In this document: piece after piece, positions 1 through 10,900 of the stretch
Position numbering within the stretch: the first letter of the stretch is position 1
Layout of the letters: every line of letters starts with the position of its first letter
Made by a program: the position numbers and the translations under genes
DNA from: Candidatus Latescibacterota bacterium
GTDB taxonomy: Bacteria; Latescibacterota; UBA2968; UBA8231
Direction: 5' to 3'
Length of the DNA stretch: 64,000 nucleotides
NCBI GenBank assembly: GCA_964291625.2
Contig: OZ220089.1
Location: 3,936,001 to 4,000,000, forward strand
The notes under the pieces: generated by a model
What the model was told of the DNA's origin: nothing
Seen by the model: only the letters and a program-made list of their open reading frames with translations
Database searches by the model: none

Positions 1-1
1 C

Positions 2-874
2 GGCGTCGAGGTCGACGAGTACCGCGAGCTGGGCCACACCTACGGCTCGCGGCTGCGCGACCAGGCCCTCATCCTCGACGCCCTGGTCCTCTTCCGGCGA
101 TGGGGGGCCGCGGACGAGCTGGCCGTGGAGGTGGCCCAGGGCGTCACCCGCGGCTGGCACTCCACCCAGACCACCGGCGCCGCCCTGCTCGCCCTGGGCA
201 AGTACGTCCGCGCCCTCCAGGGAGACGGATCCCCGGCGCCGCTCAGCGGCACGATCCTGCTGCCAGGCGGCGAGCCGGTGCCCTTCCAGACAGAGAGCCT
301 GGGCTGGCAGGTGGAGATCGACAGCGGCTTCGGCGGCCAGGTGGAGGTGCGCCTCGACTCGGCCGTCGCCGTGGAGCGCGCCTTCGCCGCCCTCGACTGG
401 GAGGGCGTGCCGTTGCGGGGTCAGGTGGGGGACGAGGAGGGCCGCATCCGGCTGTCCGTGGACTGGCTCGACGAGGACGGCATGCCGATCTCCCCGGACA
501 CCCTGGCCCAGGGGACCGCCTTCTGGGGGCGCATCCGCGTCGAGAACCGCAGCCGCGAGCACGACCTCGAGGAGGTGGCGCTGACCCAGATGCTGCCGGC
601 CGGCTGGGAGATCGAGAGCCCCCGGCTGGCGGCCGGGAGCCGTCCGCCCTGGATGAAGAAGTGGCGCCTCAACGGGGAGGAGTACCTCGACGTGCGCGAC
701 GACCGCGCCGACTGGTTCTTCGACCTGCCGCCCGGAGGCCGGCCCCTCGACTTCGCCCTCAAGCTCAACGCCGTGACCCGCGGGACCTTCGCCCTGCCGC
801 CGACCCAGGTGGAGGCGATGTACGACCGCGACTTCCGGGCCCGCAAGGCGGGGGGGACGGTGGTGGTCCGGTGA
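2..874 (+). CDS. Bacterial alpha-2-macroglobulin family protein, C-terminal part (5' end outside window)
   Basis: Open frame from window start: YGSRLRDQAL, STQTTG, LPAGWEIE, YLDVRDDR, AVTRGTFALPPTQVEAMYD are typical of the bacterial A2M C-terminus. Confidence 0.85.
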   Translation, partial: GVEVDEYRELGHTYGSRLRDQALILDALVLFRRWGAADELAVEVAQGVTRGWHSTQTTGAALLALGKYVRALQGDGSPAPLSGTILLPGGEPVPFQTESLGWQVEIDSGFGGQVEVRLDSAVAVERAFAALDWEGVPLRGQVGDEEGRIRLSVDWLDEDGMPISPDTLAQGTAFWGRIRVENRSREHDLEEVALTQMLPAGWEIESPRLAAGSRPPWMKKWRLNGEEYLDVRDDRADWFFDLPPGGRPLDFALKLNAVTRGTFALPPTQVEAMYDRDFRARKAGGTVVVR

Positions 875-994
875 GGGGGGCTTTGGCAGGCCCGGGCAAG
901 ATTCCCACCGTGGCCCGGGCACTTTGACCATGATTTGCAGGGCCAGTACCTTCGGCGAAACAGCAGAACTGCCCCACTTGTAGACCGCTTCGAC

Positions 995-1390
995 ATGCTC
1001 CGGAACACGAACAGCGACTCTTACATCGAAGCTTGGCGGGAGCGCCTTCACCGCGAGACCGCGGAGTTGGACAGGGCGCTTGCGGAAGCCCGCGCCAGGG
1101 CGAAGGACTGCGCCGCGTTGCTGGCGGGCAAATTCGGCGCCTCCGAGGTCTATCTCATCGGCTCCGTCGCGGGCATGGGGCGCTTCCACGAGAGATCCGA
1201 CATCGACCTCTGCGCACTCGGCCTCGACTCGCGCCGCTACCTCCAAGCCCTGTCCGAAGCGGCGGAGATCGCTGGGCGGGACGTCGACCTCATCCTGCTC
1301 GAGGAGGCGCCGCCGGAGTTGGCCCTCCGCACGGAACGGGAAGGAGTTCTACTTCATGGGCGCCCGGAAGTTCCTGCTTCTCAAGGCTGA
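995..1390 (+). CDS. Minimal nucleotidyltransferase (MNT) antitoxin
   Basis: VYLIGSVA...SDIDL motif and VDLILLE; overlaps the downstream HEPN gene. Confidence 0.85.
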   Translation: MLRNTNSDSYIEAWRERLHRETAELDRALAEARARAKDCAALLAGKFGASEVYLIGSVAGMGRFHERSDIDLCALGLDSRRYLQALSEAAEIAGRDVDLILLEEAPPELALRTEREGVLLHGRPEVPASQG

Positions 1391-1844
1391 CATCGACCGG
1401 GAGATGGCGCAGATCGAGCGCCTGCTCGATGAATCTCGGAGCGATCTGAGCGGCGTGGGCGACATACCGAGCCGCGTAGAAGTGCGCGTGGTGGGGAGCA
1501 TCCTGCAAGACTTCTACTCAGGGGTCGAGCGTGTCTTCGAGCGCATCGCCCTGGAGCTGGACGGGGAGTTGCCTCGGGGCAGAGACTGGCACAGCCAGCT
1601 CCTGAACCGGATGGGGGAAGATATCGAGGGCGTCCGCCCCCGGGTCCTGACCTCCAACCTTGCCGAGCGGCTGCGGACGTTTCTGCGTTTCCGGCATCTG
1701 TTCCGGAACATCTATGGCGGGCAGTTGCACCTGGAGCGAAGCACCGAACTCCTTGCAGAGGTGGATGAGGTGTGGCCGCTCCTGAAGCAGCAGATGCAGG
1801 AGTTCACGGGCGTGCTGCGGCAGCTTCACGACGGCTGCCGGTGA
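1356..1844 (+). CDS. HEPN (HepT-like) ribonuclease toxin
   Basis: ATG 1356 after GAAGGAG; LQDFYSGVERVF, WHSQLL, FRHLFRNIYG; paired with MNT. Confidence 0.8.
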   Translation: MGARKFLLLKADIDREMAQIERLLDESRSDLSGVGDIPSRVEVRVVGSILQDFYSGVERVFERIALELDGELPRGRDWHSQLLNRMGEDIEGVRPRVLTSNLAERLRTFLRFRHLFRNIYGGQLHLERSTELLAEVDEVWPLLKQQMQEFTGVLRQLHDGCR

Positions 1845-1949
1845 AGATTCCCTCCTCGTCCAGCGGCCCTGATCAGCCCACCCCGGCCAGCATGCAGTAG
1901 CCCCCCGACCCCGGGTGCGGCGGGCTCGGCCGGTGCGAATGTCAGCCAT

Positions 1950-1965
1950 TGAGTAAATTCACTCA
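1950..1965. promoter_or_regulatory. Near-perfect palindrome, putative operator upstream of the AAA_14/DUF4143 gene
   Basis: TGAGTAAATTCACTCA in an AT-rich patch about 20 bp before ATG 1985. Confidence 0.5.
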
Positions 1966-1984
1966 GTAGCGTAATTTCCTGGGC

Positions 1985-3268
1985 ATGGAGTCCTTCCAAC
2001 GCGCCCAGGTCGACACCCTCGTCCAGCGGCTGGCCGAGCCCCCCCGCTACATCACTGCCCTCTTCGGGCCTCGCCAGACCGGCAAGACCACCATCGCCCG
2101 CCAGGCCTTGGCGCGGACCGATCTGCCCAGCCGCTACTTGGCCATCGACGAACCGGACCCTGCCGATCCCCCGTTCCCATACGACGAGACCGCGCTGACC
2201 TTCCCTGTGACCTCGCAGCGGGAGCGGGACACGCGATGGCTGGTTCGCCAATGGGAAGCTGCCCGGACCGAGGCGGAACGATCTCCGCGCGGGTCTGTGC
2301 TGGTCCTCGACGAGGTCCAGAGGATCCCGGACTGGTCGGAGACCGTGAAGGGGCTGTGGGACGGCGACCGCCTCCGCGACTGCCTCTTGCGCGTGGTCAT
2401 CCTGGGCTCGGCCCCGCTGCTCATGCAGTCGGGCCTGAGCGAGAGCCTCGCCGGCCGCTTCGAGACCATCCGCGTCACCCACTGGTCCTTCGCGGAGATG
2501 TCCGAGGCCTTCGGCTTCGACCTGCTGCAATACCTCTACTTCGGGGGGTACCCGGGCGCCGCCTACCTCGTCCGGGAGCCCGACCGCTGGCGCGGCTACA
2601 TCCTCGGCGCCCTCTTGGAGCCGAACATCGAGCGCGACCTGCTGGCCATGACCCGCGTGGACAAGCCGGCCCTGCTCAAGCGCCTCTTCGAGCTGGGCGC
2701 CGAGTGCTCCGGGCAGATCGTGTCCTACACCAAGATGCTGGGCCAGCTCCACGACGCCGGGAACACGACGACCCTGGCGCGTTATCTCGATCTGCTGGCC
2801 AAGGTCGGCCTGCTCGCCGGACTGCAGAAGTACACCGGCAGTCCCGTCTCGCGGCGGGGGTCCATCCCCAAGCTCAACGTGCTCAACACGGCCCTGATGA
2901 CGGCCGGCTCGGCGTACTCCTTCGACGAGGCCCGGGCCGACCGCACCTTCTGGGGCCGCATCGTCGAGAGTGCGGTCGGCGCCCACCTGTTGAACACGGC
3001 GGAATCCGATATGCGCCTCCACTACTGGCGGGAAGGTCAGCACGAGGTGGATTTCGTGCTGAAGCGGGGGCGACGGTCGGTGGCCGTGGAGGTGAAGAGT
3101 GGGGGGGAGGGGAGGCCGGCGCGGGAAAGGAGGCCGTTGCGGGGAATGGAGGAGTTCGAGCGGCGCTTCGATCGCTGCCGCGGGCTGCTGGTCGGGGAGG
3201 GCGGGATCCCGCTCAACGAGTTCCTCACGGCGCCGGCGGGCGAGTGGTTCGCGGAGGCATGGGCGTGA
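1985..3268 (+). CDS. AAA_14 ATPase with C-terminal DUF4143 domain
   Basis: Walker A GPRQTGKTT, Walker B LVLDEVQ, SESLAGR, GGYP, C-terminal YWR...EVDF...VEVK. Confidence 0.9.
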   Translation: MESFQRAQVDTLVQRLAEPPRYITALFGPRQTGKTTIARQALARTDLPSRYLAIDEPDPADPPFPYDETALTFPVTSQRERDTRWLVRQWEAARTEAERSPRGSVLVLDEVQRIPDWSETVKGLWDGDRLRDCLLRVVILGSAPLLMQSGLSESLAGRFETIRVTHWSFAEMSEAFGFDLLQYLYFGGYPGAAYLVREPDRWRGYILGALLEPNIERDLLAMTRVDKPALLKRLFELGAECSGQIVSYTKMLGQLHDAGNTTTLARYLDLLAKVGLLAGLQKYTGSPVSRRGSIPKLNVLNTALMTAGSAYSFDEARADRTFWGRIVESAVGAHLLNTAESDMRLHYWREGQHEVDFVLKRGRRSVAVEVKSGGEGRPARERRPLRGMEEFERRFDRCRGLLVGEGGIPLNEFLTAPAGEWFAEAWA

Positions 3269-6200
3269 TCGTCTCGCGCACCTGCACGGAGATCTCCCGG
3301 AGGGATGGCGAGCGTCCTCAGCAAGAGGAGAGGCGGTCCCGCCCTCTTGAGGAGTTCCGGGATACGCCGGCCTACGTGTTGGTGGGCGATCCTGGCGCCG
3401 GCAAGACGACCGCCTTCGAGACGGAGCGCGAGGCGCTTGGGGAGAAGGCCTTCCTGGTGACCGCCCGCGACTTCCTGACCTTCGATCCGCAGCACCACCC
3501 CGAGTGGCGCGGCAAGACTCTCTTCATCGACGGGCTCGATGAGATCCGAGCCGGCTCGTCGGACGTGAGAACGCCCTTCGACCAAGTTCGGGGGAGGCTG
3601 GACTCGCTGGGCAAGCCACGCTTCCGGTTGTCGTGCAGGGAGGCGGACTGGCTGGGCGAGAACGACCGGAAGCACCTGGAGGCGGTCTCGCCGGATTCCA
3701 GCGTGACGGTGGTGCGCCTCGATCCCCTGACGGATGAGGACATCGCCAGAATCCTGGATGCCCGGCGCGACATCCAGGATGCGGATGCTTTCATCAAGGC
3801 AGCGAAGGAGCGACGGGTAGAGGGGCTGCTGCCGAACCCGCTGACCCTGGAGATGCTGGCCGATGTCGTCGGTGGGGGAAGCGGATGGCCGGAGAGCCGC
3901 ATGCAGACCTTCGCGATGGCCTGCCTTCAGATGGTCCGTGAGCACAACGAGGAGCGTGCAGCTGCGCAGGAGTCTGGCAGTTCACCTGCGCTTGGCGAGC
4001 TTCTCGACGCCGCCGGGCGTCTCTGCGCCATTCAGTTGATTTCGGGCGGGTCCGGGTACACGTTGCATGGCGAGGGGGACGAGGAGTATCTGTCCCTGGA
4101 CGAGTGCGATTACGACGTCCAGGTGCTGCGGTTTGCATTGTCCACGAAGCTGTTCAAGGGTGTTTCCAGCAATCGCTTCGCCCCTGTCCACCGCCACGTT
4201 GCCGAGTATCTCGGAGGTCGGCACCTCGCCGAAGTCATCGAGAATGGGCTCCCCGCCTGCAGGGTGATCGCCATGATGACGGGTGAGGACGGCACCGTGG
4301 TCACGGAGATGAGGGGCCTGTCGGCTTGGCTCGCGGCTCTCTCGTGCCAGATCCAGGAGGACCTCATCCAGGGCGATCCCGTAGGTGTCGGGCTGTACGG
4401 CGATATTGGGCAGTTCACCCTCGATGGGAAACGGGCCCTACTGCAATCGCTGAAGCGAGAGGGGGCTCGCCTGGATTCAGTGTGGACGTGTGCCGGGAGC
4501 TTTGGCGCCCTTGCTACATCGGAGATGGAAGCCGACCTCCGGGAGGTCCTACTGGACACCGACCGGAGCAGAGACCATCAAGCGTTCACCGACTTCGTCT
4601 TGCGTTTCCTGGGAGAGGGCACCCCTCTACCAGATATTGGTGGTCTCCTAATCGAGCTGGTCCGCGATGACAGGCGGTGGCCTCGGGTCAACACATCCGC
4701 CCTCAATGCCTTCATCCACAACTGCCCGGACAGCCAGGACAGAGCCGACGGACTGAAGTCGTTGCTGGCTGATATTCGCGCTGAGCGTGTCTCCGATCCC
4801 GACAAGGAGTTGTTTGGCACCCTGCTGACCCATCTCTACCCACAGGAGCTTCTTCCTTCGGAGATATGGGAATATCTCTCCGCGCAAGGCCATCCGGAGC
4901 TTTACGGTACGTACCGTCGCTTCTGGGATACCAGACTCGTCGAGCAGTCGTCGGACGAACAGCTGGCCGAGCTCCTCGATCATCTGCCGCTACGGCTTCC
5001 CAGATTGAGGACTGCTCTGGATACCCGCCACTTGAGCGCGCTTCCCCTGAAGCTCCTGGCCGGCGGTCTGGAGCTACATGGAGACCACTTGGAACCCGAA
5101 CGCCTGTACGACTGGCTCAGTGCGGGTCTATTGTGGGATGAAGATCCGCAGACCTCAAGGCTCGGGGCCGAACCCATCCGCCGGATACGAGACTGGCTGG
5201 AGGAGCACCCCGAGAGCCGGAAGGCAGTCCATGCGGAGGGCTTGGATAGGTCCCTTAGCTCAGACGAGTTCCAGTCTTTCTCGTTCACTGTTCGAAAGCG
5301 CCTGTATGGTGCCAGCCCACCTCCCGACTTCGGCCTCTGGTGCCTGGAACGGGCGGTGTCCATGGCGAATGAGAGACCACTGGCTGCAGGGCACCTATTG
5401 GAAATGGCCTTCCAGGCCCATTGCCATCGCAGCGGCAATGCTGACCTGTCGCTCGAAGTCTTGCAAGAGCAGGCACGGAAGAACGTGAGACTTGAGAAAT
5501 GTCTGGATCAACTGCTCTCGGCTCCGTCCACCTACCAGGAGCATCATCAAGAGCATCTGGAGTATCAGGAGAAGCGCCAGCAGGCAGAGGAAAGAGAACA
5601 GCAGCAGTGGCTTGATTGTGTTCGCTCACAGAAGACAGAGCTGCTCGAGAACCGGGCAGCGCCTCAACTTCTTTACCACTTGGCTACCCACTACTTCATG
5701 GGCCCGAAGGCGATCGAAGAGCAACTCCGAGGAGACCGTGGCTTGATCGACGCCGTGCTCCATGGCCTTCGAGGGGTGATCGACCGGAAGGACGTTCCGG
5801 ACCTGTCGGAGATTCTGCGCCTCAGGAAAGAGAAGAAGACGCACTTTCTGGACCGGCCTTTCCTGGCGAGCATCGAGATGGCCGAGAGTGCGACAGACCC
5901 ATTCGAATGGGATGACGATCTGGTCCGCAAGGCGATAGGCTTCTACTACTGCTCAGACCTCTCGAATCATGAACTTCAATGGTATCGACGGCTCCTTGGC
6001 GAGCGTCCCGAGACCGTGGGGCAAGTACTTGTGCAATTTGCCCTATCTGGGTTCCGTGATGGCAGGGAGACCGACAGGCTATCGGGACTCCTGGATGACC
6101 CGCAGTACGCGACGGTTGCCAACCAGGTGAGCTTGCCCCTGCTGCGCTCCTTTCCGACGCGCTGCAAGGTGGCGCAGATCCAGGACTTGAAGTACCTGCT

Positions 6201-7305
6201 GTGGGCGGCTCTTCAATCTGCCGACAGGGACTCGCTTCTGGACCTGATCGAAGAGAAGCTTACCTACAGGAGCATGAGCGACGGTCAGCGCGTGTATTGG
6301 TTGGCCGCTGGCGTCATCGTTTCTCCAGAGGTCTACGGAGATCTGCTGAGGGAATTCTCAGAGGGTCATGAGGGTCGAATGCGACACTTGACGGCCTTTT
6401 TCTCTCGAGGTTCCCTGAGATCCGTTGTCGATGGACTGGAGAGTCCAGCACTGGAACTGCTCGTCCGCCTTGTGGGAGGCACCGTGGAGCCGGATGAGCA
6501 TTGGCGTGAGGGGCCATCCTTTACTCCAGCAATGAAGGCTTCCCGGCTTGTGGGGGACCTGATTCAGCGGCTCTCCGCTTGCCCGGCCGAGGAGGCCAGC
6601 GATGCGCTGGCCAGGCTTCTCAGGGTCGAGTCCCTATCGCAGTGGCACGACAAGCTGTCCCAAGCGCAGGATGCCCAACGGGTGATCCGCCGCGACGCCG
6701 GCTATCGGCATCCCGGCATCGAGCAGGTATGCCGAACCTTGAACGGCGGCACCCCCGCCAACGCCGCCGACCTCGCAGCTCTCTTGATGGACCAACTGCG
6801 CGAGCTCGCCGTGCAGATCCGGAGGGGGAATACGGACGGCTGGCGTCAGTACTGGAACGTGGATTCGGGCGGGTGCCCCGAGGGTCCGAGACACGAGGAC
6901 GTGTGCCGCGACGCCCTGCTCGATGCCCTGCGACAACGCCTTCCCCTTGCAGTCGACGCCCAGCCCGAGGGGCAGTACGCCAACGACAAGCGCGCCGACA
7001 TCCGCGTATCCTGCCCTGACTTCCAGGTGCCGGTGGAGATCAAGAAGAACGGGCACCTGAAGCTGTGGAGCGCCCTGCGAAATCAGTTGATCGCGCAGTA
7101 CACCAGCGATCCAGCTACCGGCGGATATGGCATCTATCTTGTCTTCTGGTTCGGCAAGGGATGCACTCAGTCGCCCCCTTCCGGGAGCCGCCCTGCTGGT
7201 CCAGAGGAGTTGAGCGAGAGGCTGGCGGCGGAAGCGAATCTGACCCCCGCCGAAGCCCGGAAGATCTCGATCTGCGTCGTCGACGTGAGTCGCCCGGATG
7301 GCTGA
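3265..7305 (+). CDS. NACHT/STAND-type NTPase (~1346 aa) with C-terminal PD-(D/E)xK-like nuclease domain; putative anti-phage protein
   Basis: GTG overlaps upstream stop (GTGA) after GGAGG; GDPGAGKTT, LFIDGLDE, SCREADW, NPLTL, HRHVAEYL; C-terminal E...RADI...VEIK. Confidence 0.8.
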   Translation: MIVSRTCTEISRRDGERPQQEERRSRPLEEFRDTPAYVLVGDPGAGKTTAFETEREALGEKAFLVTARDFLTFDPQHHPEWRGKTLFIDGLDEIRAGSSDVRTPFDQVRGRLDSLGKPRFRLSCREADWLGENDRKHLEAVSPDSSVTVVRLDPLTDEDIARILDARRDIQDADAFIKAAKERRVEGLLPNPLTLEMLADVVGGGSGWPESRMQTFAMACLQMVREHNEERAAAQESGSSPALGELLDAAGRLCAIQLISGGSGYTLHGEGDEEYLSLDECDYDVQVLRFALSTKLFKGVSSNRFAPVHRHVAEYLGGRHLAEVIENGLPACRVIAMMTGEDGTVVTEMRGLSAWLAALSCQIQEDLIQGDPVGVGLYGDIGQFTLDGKRALLQSLKREGARLDSVWTCAGSFGALATSEMEADLREVLLDTDRSRDHQAFTDFVLRFLGEGTPLPDIGGLLIELVRDDRRWPRVNTSALNAFIHNCPDSQDRADGLKSLLADIRAERVSDPDKELFGTLLTHLYPQELLPSEIWEYLSAQGHPELYGTYRRFWDTRLVEQSSDEQLAELLDHLPLRLPRLRTALDTRHLSALPLKLLAGGLELHGDHLEPERLYDWLSAGLLWDEDPQTSRLGAEPIRRIRDWLEEHPESRKAVHAEGLDRSLSSDEFQSFSFTVRKRLYGASPPPDFGLWCLERAVSMANERPLAAGHLLEMAFQAHCHRSGNADLSLEVLQEQARKNVRLEKCLDQLLSAPSTYQEHHQEHLEYQEKRQQAEEREQQQWLDCVRSQKTELLENRAAPQLLYHLATHYFMGPKAIEEQLRGDRGLIDAVLHGLRGVIDRKDVPDLSEILRLRKEKKTHFLDRPFLASIEMAESATDPFEWDDDLVRKAIGFYYCSDLSNHELQWYRRLLGERPETVGQVLVQFALSGFRDGRETDRLSGLLDDPQYATVANQVSLPLLRSFPTRCKVAQIQDLKYLLWAALQSADRDSLLDLIEEKLTYRSMSDGQRVYWLAAGVIVSPEVYGDLLREFSEGHEGRMRHLTAFFSRGSLRSVVDGLESPALELLVRLVGGTVEPDEHWREGPSFTPAMKASRLVGDLIQRLSACPAEEASDALARLLRVESLSQWHDKLSQAQDAQRVIRRDAGYRHPGIEQVCRTLNGGTPANAADLAALLMDQLRELAVQIRRGNTDGWRQYWNVDSGGCPEGPRHEDVCRDALLDALRQRLPLAVDAQPEGQYANDKRADIRVSCPDFQVPVEIKKNGHLKLWSALRNQLIAQYTSDPATGGYGIYLVFWFGKGCTQSPPSGSRPAGPEELSERLAAEANLTPAEARKISICVVDVSRPDG

Positions 7306-7306
7306 A

Positions 7307-7350
7307 CACATGACCGGCCAGAACTTCACCCACTACTTCCTCACCGCCGC
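7307..7350 (+). repeat. Direct-repeat copy of the RM gene 5' end (matches ~7953-7996)
   Basis: cacatgaccggccagaacttcacccactacttcctcaccgccg vs cacatgaccggccaactcttcacccactacttcctcaccgacg. Confidence 0.9.
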
Positions 7351-7524
7351 CGGCGCCAACGAGCGCGCCGACTGGAGCGTAACTCAGGTCCGACCACAGC
7401 CCTTGTGGTGCGATGACGTGGGCCCTTGCGCTTGCGCCTTGATGGCCTGTAGTTCGCCGCTATGGCCCTTACCCCGGAGGGGCCGTTTCGTGTAGCGGGT
7501 CCCAGGCAAGGGGAGGGATGACCC

Positions 7525-7950
7525 ATGGACGAACACACCGTGAAGCGGATCATCGACGAATTGGGCGGCGCCAAGGCCCTGATGGAGGAGATGGACGAGT
7601 ATCAGGAAACCGTCCTTCGCATGAGGAAGGAGCGGCCCCGCCTGGCAGCTGACTACCCGGACAAGTGGGTGGCGATGGGAGGGGAAGGGCTTCTGGCCGC
7701 AGGTGACTCCATGGACCAGGTGCTCGGGCAGCTTGAAGCTCAGGGCGTAGACGGGGCGGACGTCGTGATCGAGTTCAGGGATACGGATCCGCCGCTGCTG
7801 CTCATTGCCAAGCCGCAAGGTAGCAACGAGGGGCTCCCATCGCCGCTCGGGCGCGATGCAATCAACCACTGGTACATGCAGTGTGACCCAACGCTCTCCA
7901 GACTCGATTGCGCCGTCCGGTACGCCGACCATACTCCGGACCCAGCCTGA
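7525..7950 (+). CDS. DUF5678-like small protein, apparently fused to the C-terminal remnant of a retropepsin-like aspartyl protease
   Basis: YPDKWVA motif in first ~95 aa; tail LPSPLGRDAINHW resembles the clan AA LLGRD motif; RBS GGGAGG. Confidence 0.5.
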   Translation: MDEHTVKRIIDELGGAKALMEEMDEYQETVLRMRKERPRLAADYPDKWVAMGGEGLLAAGDSMDQVLGQLEAQGVDGADVVIEFRDTDPPLLLIAKPQGSNEGLPSPLGRDAINHWYMQCDPTLSRLDCAVRYADHTPDPA

Positions 7951-7955
7951 CCCAC

Positions 7956-10900
7956 ATGACCGGCCAACTCTTCACCCACTACTTCCTCACCGACGGCATC
8001 CGGGCCACCCCCGAGTGGCAGGCCTCGGCCGCTGACCCGCAAGCCTTCGCCGCCTTCCGGGAATCTGTCCTCCACCACTACGAAACCCTCGCCCGAGCCG
8101 CCGACCCAAACGAGGCGGTCACCGAGCAGGATCTGATCCGGCCGGCCCTGGAGCTCCTGGGGTGGGCCGACTACCTGCCGCAGCAGAGGACGGCCGGCAA
8201 CGAGGACATCCCCGACCACCTGCTCTTCGGAGACCCCGGCTCCAAGGAGCGGGCCTCCGCGGAGCGCAACGCCGGCGCCCGGGCCGGGCATGCGATCGCC
8301 CTGGAGGAGAGCAAGCGCTTCGGCCTGCCCCTGGACGAGCGCGACAGGGAGGCCGGGTTCCACGCCCGCTCCCCTCACAGCCAGATCCTGCGCTACCTGG
8401 CGACGGCCGAGATCGAGTCGGAGAGCCGGCTGCGCTGGGGGGTGCTTACCAACGGCCGCGTCTGGCGGCTCTACGACTACCGCGCGCGGCCCCGGGCCAG
8501 CGGCTACTTCGAGGCCGACCTGGCGGACCTCCTCGCGCCCGGCCGCGAAGAGGACCTGCGTGTCTTCTACCTGCTCTTCCGCCGGGAGTCGTTCACGCCG
8601 CAGGAAGGCGCCGCCGAGTCGTTCCTCGAAGCGGCCCTGGCCGAGGGCCGCCGCTACGAGGAGCAGGTCGCCCAAGACCTCTCCGGCGTGGTCTTCGAGA
8701 GCGTCTTCCCGGCGCTCGTCCGGGCCCTCGCCGACGCGGCGCAGAAAGGGGGCAGCGGCGCCGGCCTGCCGGAGGTCCACAAGGCAGCCCTGATCTTCCT
8801 CTACCGCCTGCTCTTCGTGCTCTACGCCGAGGATCGGGGGCTGCTGCCGGTCAACGACTCCCGCTACGACGACTACGGCCTGCGCAAGCGGGTGCGCGAC
8901 GACGTGGCCCGCAGGATGGAGGAGAGCGACACCTTCTCGGCGGCGGCCAGCAACTACTACGACCGCCTCCTCAACCTCTTCCGCATCATCGACCAGGGCG
9001 ATCCGTCGATCGGCCTGCCCCCCTACAACGGCGGGCTCTTCGCCCGGGACGCCGCGCCGCTGCTGGAGACGGTCCGCCTTGCCGACGACGACATGGCGCC
9101 CGTCATCCACGACCTGAGCCACGCCAAGGACGCGTACGGGGAGCGCCGCTTCGTCAACTACCGCGACATGTCGGTGCAGCAGCTCGGCTCGATCTACGAG
9201 CGCCTCCTGGAGCGCGAGCCGGTCCGCGGCGGCGACGGCGAGATCGAGATCCGCCCCAACCCTTACGCCCGCAAGGACAGCGGCAGCTTCTACACGCCCC
9301 AGGAGCTGGTGGACCTAATCGTCGAGCGCACGCTGAAGCCGCTGGCCGAGGAGCGTCTCAAGGCTTTCGAGGAGAAGGCCGTCGCCCTCAAGAGCGACCG
9401 CCGACCGAAGGCGCAGCGGCAGGCCGAGCTGCTCAAGCTCGATCCGGCCGAAGCAGTGCTGGATCTCAAGGTGCTGGACCCGGCCATGGGCAGCGGCCAC
9501 TTCCTGGTCACCGCCGTGGACTTCCTCTCCGACTACATCGCCGACCTGGTCGAGTACGTCCCCGCGGTCCCCGAGTGGGTCGACGGCGAGTACGCCTCGC
9601 CTCTGGTCGAGCGGGTAGCTGCGATCCGCGAGGAAATCCTGCGGCGGGCGAAGGAATCGGACTGGGTCCTCGACGAGGCGCAGCTCACCGACCAGGCCAT
9701 CATCCGCCGCATGGTGCTCAAGCGCTGCATCTACGGCGTCGACAAGAATCCGCTCACCGTGGAACTGGCCAAGGTCTCCCTGTGGCTGCACAGCTTCACC
9801 GTGGGCGCGCCCCTCTCCTTCCTCGACCATCACCTGCGCTGCGGCGACTCGCTGGTTGGCATGCGGGTGTCGGAGGCGGTGAAGGACCTTCACCGCCTGG
9901 CCGAGATGTTCGCCCAGAGCGCGATCCAGGGCGCCGAGAACGCCACCGAGGGTATGCAGCGCATCGAGGAGATGTCCGACGCCGACGTGGCCGAGGTGCA
10001 GGAGTCGGCGGAACTGTTCAGCGGGGTGGAGAAGACGACCGCCGACCTGCGCGGCCTGCTCGACATCCTCTGCGGCTGGCGATGGCTGACGGCGGGCATG
10101 AAGAAGAAGGAGTGCGCGGCCTTCGAGGGCCCGCTGGAGGTGACTCTCGGCCGGCATCCGGCAGAGGCCTTCAAGTTGCTGGCCCGGGGGCCGGAGCATC
10201 TCGGCAGCGACCCGCCCAAGTACAAGGAGTGGTCGCGGCTCGTCGAGCGCTGGGACGAGGCCCGGGCCCTGGCCGATCGCGAGGGCTTCCTCCACTGGGA
10301 GGTGGCCTTCCCGGGGGTGTGGCGCCGGTGGCAGGAGAGCCGGCCCCAGGGAGGCTTCGACGCCGTCATCGGGAACCCGCCTTGGGACCAGATTGAGCAG
10401 CCGGAAGTAGAGTGGTTTGCCGGCCGAGACGGACAGATAGCCGGGGCTGTGACTGGAGCCGATCGAAAGGCACAGATCAAGGCAAAGAGAGAATCGGGCG
10501 ACAGGCTGGCTCTGGAGTACGAAACGGTGCGGGATCGGGCTACAGCGATGCGCATGTTCGTACGTGCTTGTGGTGAGTATCCCCTCCTGAGCGAAGGGCG
10601 GATCAACCTCTACTCCCTGTTCGTAGAGCGTGCCATGGGCTTGATCAAGAAGAACGGGTTCGTCGGCCTCCTGACCCCGTCGGGCATCTACTCCGACAAG
10701 ACCGCTTCCCGATTCTTCCAATCCGTCTCGACCGCAGGACGAGTGGGCGGCCTATTCGACTTTGAGAATCGCCGTCTTGGAACCGACCTGCCGCCTTTCT
10801 TCCCGGGCGTGGACTCGCGGTTCAAGTTCTGTGCCCTGGTCTTCGGCGGCGATGAACGGCGATTCGACCAGACTGCGTGTGCGTTTTTCCTGCACGACAC

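Noticed and set aside
1690-1720. HEPN motif lacking the terminal His (RHLFRNIY) read as inactivation
   Set aside because: RHxxRNxY variants are, to my knowledge, common in this HepT-like family
2236-3264. N-terminal extension of the 1689 aa ORF
   Set aside because: Overlaps the real AAA_14 gene in another frame with Arg/Pro/Gly-rich nonsense; GTG 3265 has an RBS and a stop overlap
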